This document shows, one piece after another, positions 9,946 through 13,841 of a stretch of 13,841 bases of DNA. The notes beneath the pieces were generated by a model. It was not told the origin of the DNA. It saw only the letters and a list, made by a program, of their open reading frames with translations, and did no database searches. Position 1 is the first letter of the stretch. Each line of letters starts with the position of its first letter. The translations under genes were made by a program, and so were the position numbers. Source of the DNA: Octopus sinensis (lineage: Eukaryota); assembly GCF_006345805.1 (NCBI RefSeq), contig NW_021826029.1, forward strand, positions 1-13,841, written 5' to 3'.

Positions 9946-9990
9946 CAGAGCTGATGATGAGTACTGATGAACAAGATACAAGATGGTTAC

Positions 9991-10001
9991 TTTCATGATT
10001 A
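9991..10001 (-). CDS. Candidate 11-nt start-codon microexon (M-K)
   Basis: gttattgttcgtag|TAATCATGAAA|gtaacc. ATG at 9996-9994 with A at -3; ends in phase 0, matching the 56-nt exon. The donor is only moderate. Confidence 0.2.
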
Positions 10002-10412
10002 CTACGAACAATAACAGCTTTATAATTCAGTTAAGCCTCTGCAATTTAGAATATATCAAAGGCCATACATTAAAACTAAAATCGATACCTAATTTAGTCG
10101 TTTAATGCAACTAATTTGCTATAATTTGAATGAGTCTCGATAATACAATGTAACACTTAATTTCGCGAGCAGCGAATGCTCTCAGAAATGATTTTCCGTA
10201 AGGCAATGTATGAGAATAAGAAAATTATGTAACGAAGAATGGAAGGAATATTCCATAAGAATGTGTGAATCGTAGAATAGGAGAATGTTTTAACTGGAGT
10301 ATGTAATGTTATAATTGCCGTCGCCCCTTTCTAGTTAATCTTAATACAAATAACAGTAAACTGTTATTCAGAGACTTATTTTTTATACACATACATATAT
10401 ATACACATATAA

Positions 10413-10615
10413 AGTTAATCCAAACAAGAAAACAAAAAGACAACAACGCAAGGACGTGGAACAAATAAAGTATTATTGGACGCTCAGGAAAGAAGGGAAG
10501 AAGGAGGTTTGACGTTTCGAGCGGAGCTCTTCGTCGGAAACATAGGATAAGGAAAGATCCCGAGAAGGGAAGACAGAGAGAAAAAAAGTCGCTAGTGATA
10601 CAGGCGAGGTCACAT
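10413..10615 (-). mobile_element. Solo Penelope-type terminal repeat (pLTR-like) embedded in TA/CA microsatellite
   Basis: ~200-bp block, purine-rich on the plus strand, bounded by dinucleotide tracts and containing a minimal hammerhead fold on the minus strand, which is a known hallmark of PLE pLTRs. Confidence 0.6.
10507..10541 (-). ncRNA. Minimal type I hammerhead ribozyme motif with a U4C core change
   Basis: Minus strand: GUUU CCGACGA A GAGC UCC GCUC GAAA C GUC AAAC. Stem I GUUU/AAAC, core CCGACGA (canonical CUGANGA), stem II GAGC/GCUC, GAAA, palindromic ACGU stem III, and a GUC cleavage triplet (cut would fall between 10511 and 10510). Confidence 0.7.
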
Positions 10616-10624
10616 ACTACGTTC

Positions 10625-10687
10625 ACAAACACACACACACACGCGTACACACACACACAGACACAAACACACACACATACACACACT
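10625..10687. repeat. (CA)n microsatellite, imperfect
   Basis: Seen directly. Confidence 0.95.
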
Positions 10688-10690
10688 TCC

Positions 10691-10848
10691 GTGGCTGTGT
10701 GGTAAGACGTTTGCTTCCGAACCACATGGTACATGGTTCAGTCTCAATGCGTGGCACCCTGGGCAAATGTTTTGTACTATAACCTCAGGCTGACCAAATC
10801 GTTGTGAGTGAATTTGGTTGACAGAAACTGAAAGAAGCCCACCATATA
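10691..10848 (+). mobile_element. 5' half of a SINE, same family as 8430
   Basis: gtggctgtgtggtaag...ggttcagtc...gcgtggcacc...gaaagaagccc aligns by eye with 8439-8570. Confidence 0.9.
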
Positions 10849-10849
10849 T

Positions 10850-11224
10850 CTTTTATCCTTAATCTATCCATGCCTCCGGTATCATCTTGAAGAATTTTAG
10901 CCGAACGAATGGGCCTCTGTACTTATTTGTTAAAACCTGGTACTTCATATATCGGGGACGTGTGCACACCAACACCCGATATCAAGCAGTGGTGGGGCAC
11001 TAATACAGGCACAAATGCATACACACAGCTAAACACACTCGCGCGCACACATATACACAGTCAGGCACGCTCACTCATGCACACACACATACACGACAGG
11101 CTTCTTTCAGTTTCCATCTACCAAATCCACTCGCAAGATTTCAGTTGGTCTGAGGTTACAGTGGATAGGGTGTCACAGAGCGGGGTTGAACCTGGAACCA
11201 TGTGGTTGGGAAGCAAACTTCTTA
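10850..11224 (-). mobile_element. Diverged SINE copy, same family, inverted
   Basis: The reverse complement contains taagaagtttgcttcccaaccacatggttccaggttcaaccc and gagtggatttggtagatggaaactgaaagaagcctgtcgt, then a (TG)-rich tract and a decayed 3' half. Confidence 0.85.
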
Positions 11225-11506
11225 GAACACACACGCACACGCGCACACACACGCGTGCATACTTATTAATTAATTAAGATGTTAATGACTTTGTAAAAGA
11301 AAATACCCTGGGGAATAAGCTAGATATTTATCGGAGTGGTGATAACAGCGACATGATGCTGTCTGAAATAATTATTCTTGTCTTACTACATTTAGTATTT
11401 TAACACTCATTAATATTTTATGCATCAACCTTTATTGGGTATTTTGTCCCAGATGTTCCCTTAACTGAGCTTCAAAAAAACAAAAAAACAAAACAAAAAC
11501 GCGTGG

Positions 11507-12747
11507 TACAAGACTTCTGATGATTTATTTTTCAACATAGTCCCCTTCGATGGCTGAACACTTTCTCCAGCGGTGTTGAAGCGCCATTATCCCGGCGTAG
11601 AGGAACTCTTTTGTTTGAGACTCCAAGAAACTTCCTATAGTGTTTATGATGTCATTGTCACTGGCAAAATGGCGACCAGCCATAACTGTTTTCATTTTTG
11701 GGAATAGATGAAAGTCAGAGGGGGCTAAGTCTGGCGAATAAGGCAGATGGGGAACAAGTTCGTGTCCACAATCACGAATTGTTGCCATAACAGCTACTGA
11801 GGTGTGGGCTGGAGCATTGTCGTGATGAAAAAGTACTCCTCTGGTGAGCATTTCCAGCCTTTTTACTTTGATTGCTTCTCGGAGACGTTTCAGTAGCTGA
11901 GAATAGTATAGCCCTGTCGCGGTGTGACCCTTTTCAAGGTAATCGATCAGCAAGACACCTTGAAAATCCCCCGAAAAAGAGACACCATGGCCTTGCCAGC
12001 TGAAGGAATGACCCTGGCCTTCTTTGGGGTAGGAGAAGATGTGTGCTTCCACTGCTTTGATTGTTCTTTGGTTTCAGGTTGGTAACGATGAACCCAACTT
12101 TCAAACATAGTAATGAAACGAGCAAGAAAATTCTCTTTATCGGCTTCAAACAATTCTAGATAGCTCGTGGACAATGTGCACCTGGTGCGTTTCTGTTCAG
12201 GAGTCAAAAGGTGAGGGACCCACCTTGTGGAAGCCTTTGAGAACCCAAGTTCTTTGTCACAATGTTATCTGCTCTTTCAATTGAGATACCCAGTCTCTCG
12301 GCTATCTGACATCATGATATTCGGCGATCTTGCATTATCATGCCAAGAGCAAGGTCGAGGTCATCCTTGGTAGTTGCGTTGGAGGTCTCCCTGGTCTGGG
12401 ATCCTCTTACACACTCTTTCTGCCACGCTTAAATTCATTTACCCAGCTTTTGATTGTTGCATATGAATGAGCATTGTCTCACCATATCTTCATGGATTTC
12501 TGATGGTGTTATGCTTTCAAATGAAGGTACTTTATGACAGCACGATACTCAGTTTTTTCAATTTTCTTTGTAACCTCGACACTTGTTTATTCAAAAATCT
12601 GCAAAAAAAAAAGAAAATTAAAATATCAGAATCATGAAAATGAGCAAGAATACTCCGAAAAGACTGTACTTACCAGAAAAAATTGTTTCAGCTATCTAAC
12701 AGCCCTGTTTCTAAGTTAGGCTCAAAACTTTTCATACTCTCCTCGTA
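11507..12747 (-). mobile_element. Mariner (Tc1/mariner, DD34D) DNA transposon, near full length, inactive; probably irritans subfamily
   Basis: One end reads TA-CGAGGAGAGTATGAAAAGTTTTGAGCCT on the minus strand from 12747. The other end keeps only a remnant TA-CAAGACTTCTGA at 11507. About 1.24 kb long, containing a mariner transposase pseudogene. The subfamily call is from recalled TIR and motif style. Confidence 0.9.
11525..12562 (-). pseudogene. Mariner transposase pseudogene
   Basis: The start codon position reads ATT (12562), then EKTEYRAVIKYLHLK, SYATIKSWVNEFKRGRKSV*EDPRPGRP, WVPHLL (12222-12205), ITMFESW (first catalytic D mutated to F), HHDNA and YSPDLAPSDFHLF, with exactly 34 residues between D2 and D3. 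C-terminus is EGDYVEK*. Several frameshifts and a stop. Confidence 0.95.
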
Positions 12748-13229
12748 TCTACATCCTGTATCTACCCACACAAATCTCATATGCTTCTTTAGCCATCCAA
12801 GTGATTTGACTACATTTAGCTAATTAGGTCTTATACGACTGAAACACGCACAGTATTGTCACCTCTATGCTGAAAGTCAGACTCACTGAATTCTATTTTT
12901 AATTAATTTAAAATCTGGAGCTTGTCTCTTCTATCTTTCCTGGTATAGTTTCGTCATTAGCACAATAATTGTTTCTCATCACAAAGGGATGTAATTAATT
13001 AACATTCCTTGGATAATTACATTACGATATTGCCAAATTTGTCTTTATTTTGTCGATCGTGATATCAAGAAATATTCTCTCATAAATTCTATAAATTTCC
13101 TAAGCAGGGATCACCTTCCGACCCTTGCACTCAACCGTTTTGTAATCAGCATACATATTACATTCGATCTGCAATTTTATACCGACTTATAAACCTCGCT
13201 TTTTAATACAACCGATTTTCCCTCACTCT

Positions 13230-13436
13230 ATACATCATATTTCATTCCTTCTTTTTCGCTTTGTATCTCTCTACAACAAATATTTAAATAACCTTACCTT
13301 TTCCTTTTCTTACTCCTCCCCTCCCTCTCTTATACCTTCTCGACTACCTTTTCATACTCCCATTCCCTTCGCTCATATTCTTCTCTTACCTCTCCTGTTT
13401 CCTTGTGTTATTTTTCTCTCTCGCTCTTCTCCTTCC
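13230..13436. repeat. Pyrimidine-rich (CT) low-complexity tract
   Basis: Seen directly. Confidence 0.8.
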
Positions 13437-13789
13437 GGTAGTCTTGTAGATTACTAATAACTTGACCAAAGGTGGAACTATGACGTGTAAGGCACACTTT
13501 TATGGTCAATTTATTTTACGTCTGCTAAAAACTTCTGAATCTGAAGACAATCATGTCATTTATGACTTGCAGAGATATATTAATTCTATATTTATCGATC
13601 GAACGATCGATCTATCCATTCATCCTCTCAACCAATCTCAACATACGAAAAGTCTGCAAGAATTTATAACTTTAGCGATGAGTGTTTGCGCAAAGAAATA
13701 ACGAAGAGAACACGAACAAAACCCCCTTTCACTCATTTCTACAGTGTAGATGGCAAATGAAAATAACCGCCAAAACTCCAGTAAGGAAT

Positions 13790-13815
13790 ACACACACACA
13801 CACACACACACACAC
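13790..13815. repeat. (CA)n microsatellite
   Basis: Seen directly. Confidence 0.97.
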
Positions 13816-13841
13816 AGAGGATCACACGTACGCACACCTAA

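Noticed and set aside
9945-10020. CTGATGA twice with a following imperfect stem, hammerhead-like
   Set aside because: GAAC instead of GAAA and no valid stems I and III.
10349-10368. Hairpin AATAACAGT-AA-ACTGTTATT
   Set aside because: Short, AT-rich and isolated.
9381-11277. Several ORFs rich in IY, HT or CV
   Set aside because: Derived from dinucleotide repeats, the pLTR-like repeat and SINE copies.
11307-11362. Minus-strand exon candidate (TASCRCYHHSDKYLAYSP)
   Set aside because: Weak donor (gtattt), and its phase-2 end does not fit the phase-0 56-nt exon.
13594-13611. Palindrome ATCGATCG-AA-CGATCGAT
   Set aside because: Self-complementary (ATCG)n variant of an ATCT-type microsatellite.
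13462-13835. 79-aa and 65-aa ORFs at the right end
   Set aside because: Non-ATG start or CA-repeat content, no motif, length expected by chance.

Overview
AT-rich, microsatellite-dense eukaryotic DNA, most likely from a coleoid cephalopod (Octopus-like; inferred from the SINE family and repeat landscape, not verified). No intact long gene is present, and most ORFs in the track are microsatellite artefacts. The window is a mosaic of decayed mobile elements: a Tx1/L1-like LINE 3' end (1-330), a ~550-bp non-coding element inside a (TAA)n tract (401-947), a Penelope-like RT fragment (2988-3600), a Helitron-like non-autonomous element (3600-3981), an R4/Dong-type RLE LINE 3' end (~4940-5790), several tRNA-derived SINEs (two forming an inverted pair at 10691-11224), a Penelope-type terminal repeat with a minimal hammerhead fold (10413-10615) and a near full-length dead DD34D mariner (11507-12747). 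In the unique DNA between repeats there is a chain of very short minus-strand exon candidates (11, 56, 45 and 14 nt plus a terminal exon). Their phases are compatible and they would splice into a 61-aa peptide with a signal-peptide-like start. This is the most speculative and most interesting observation.
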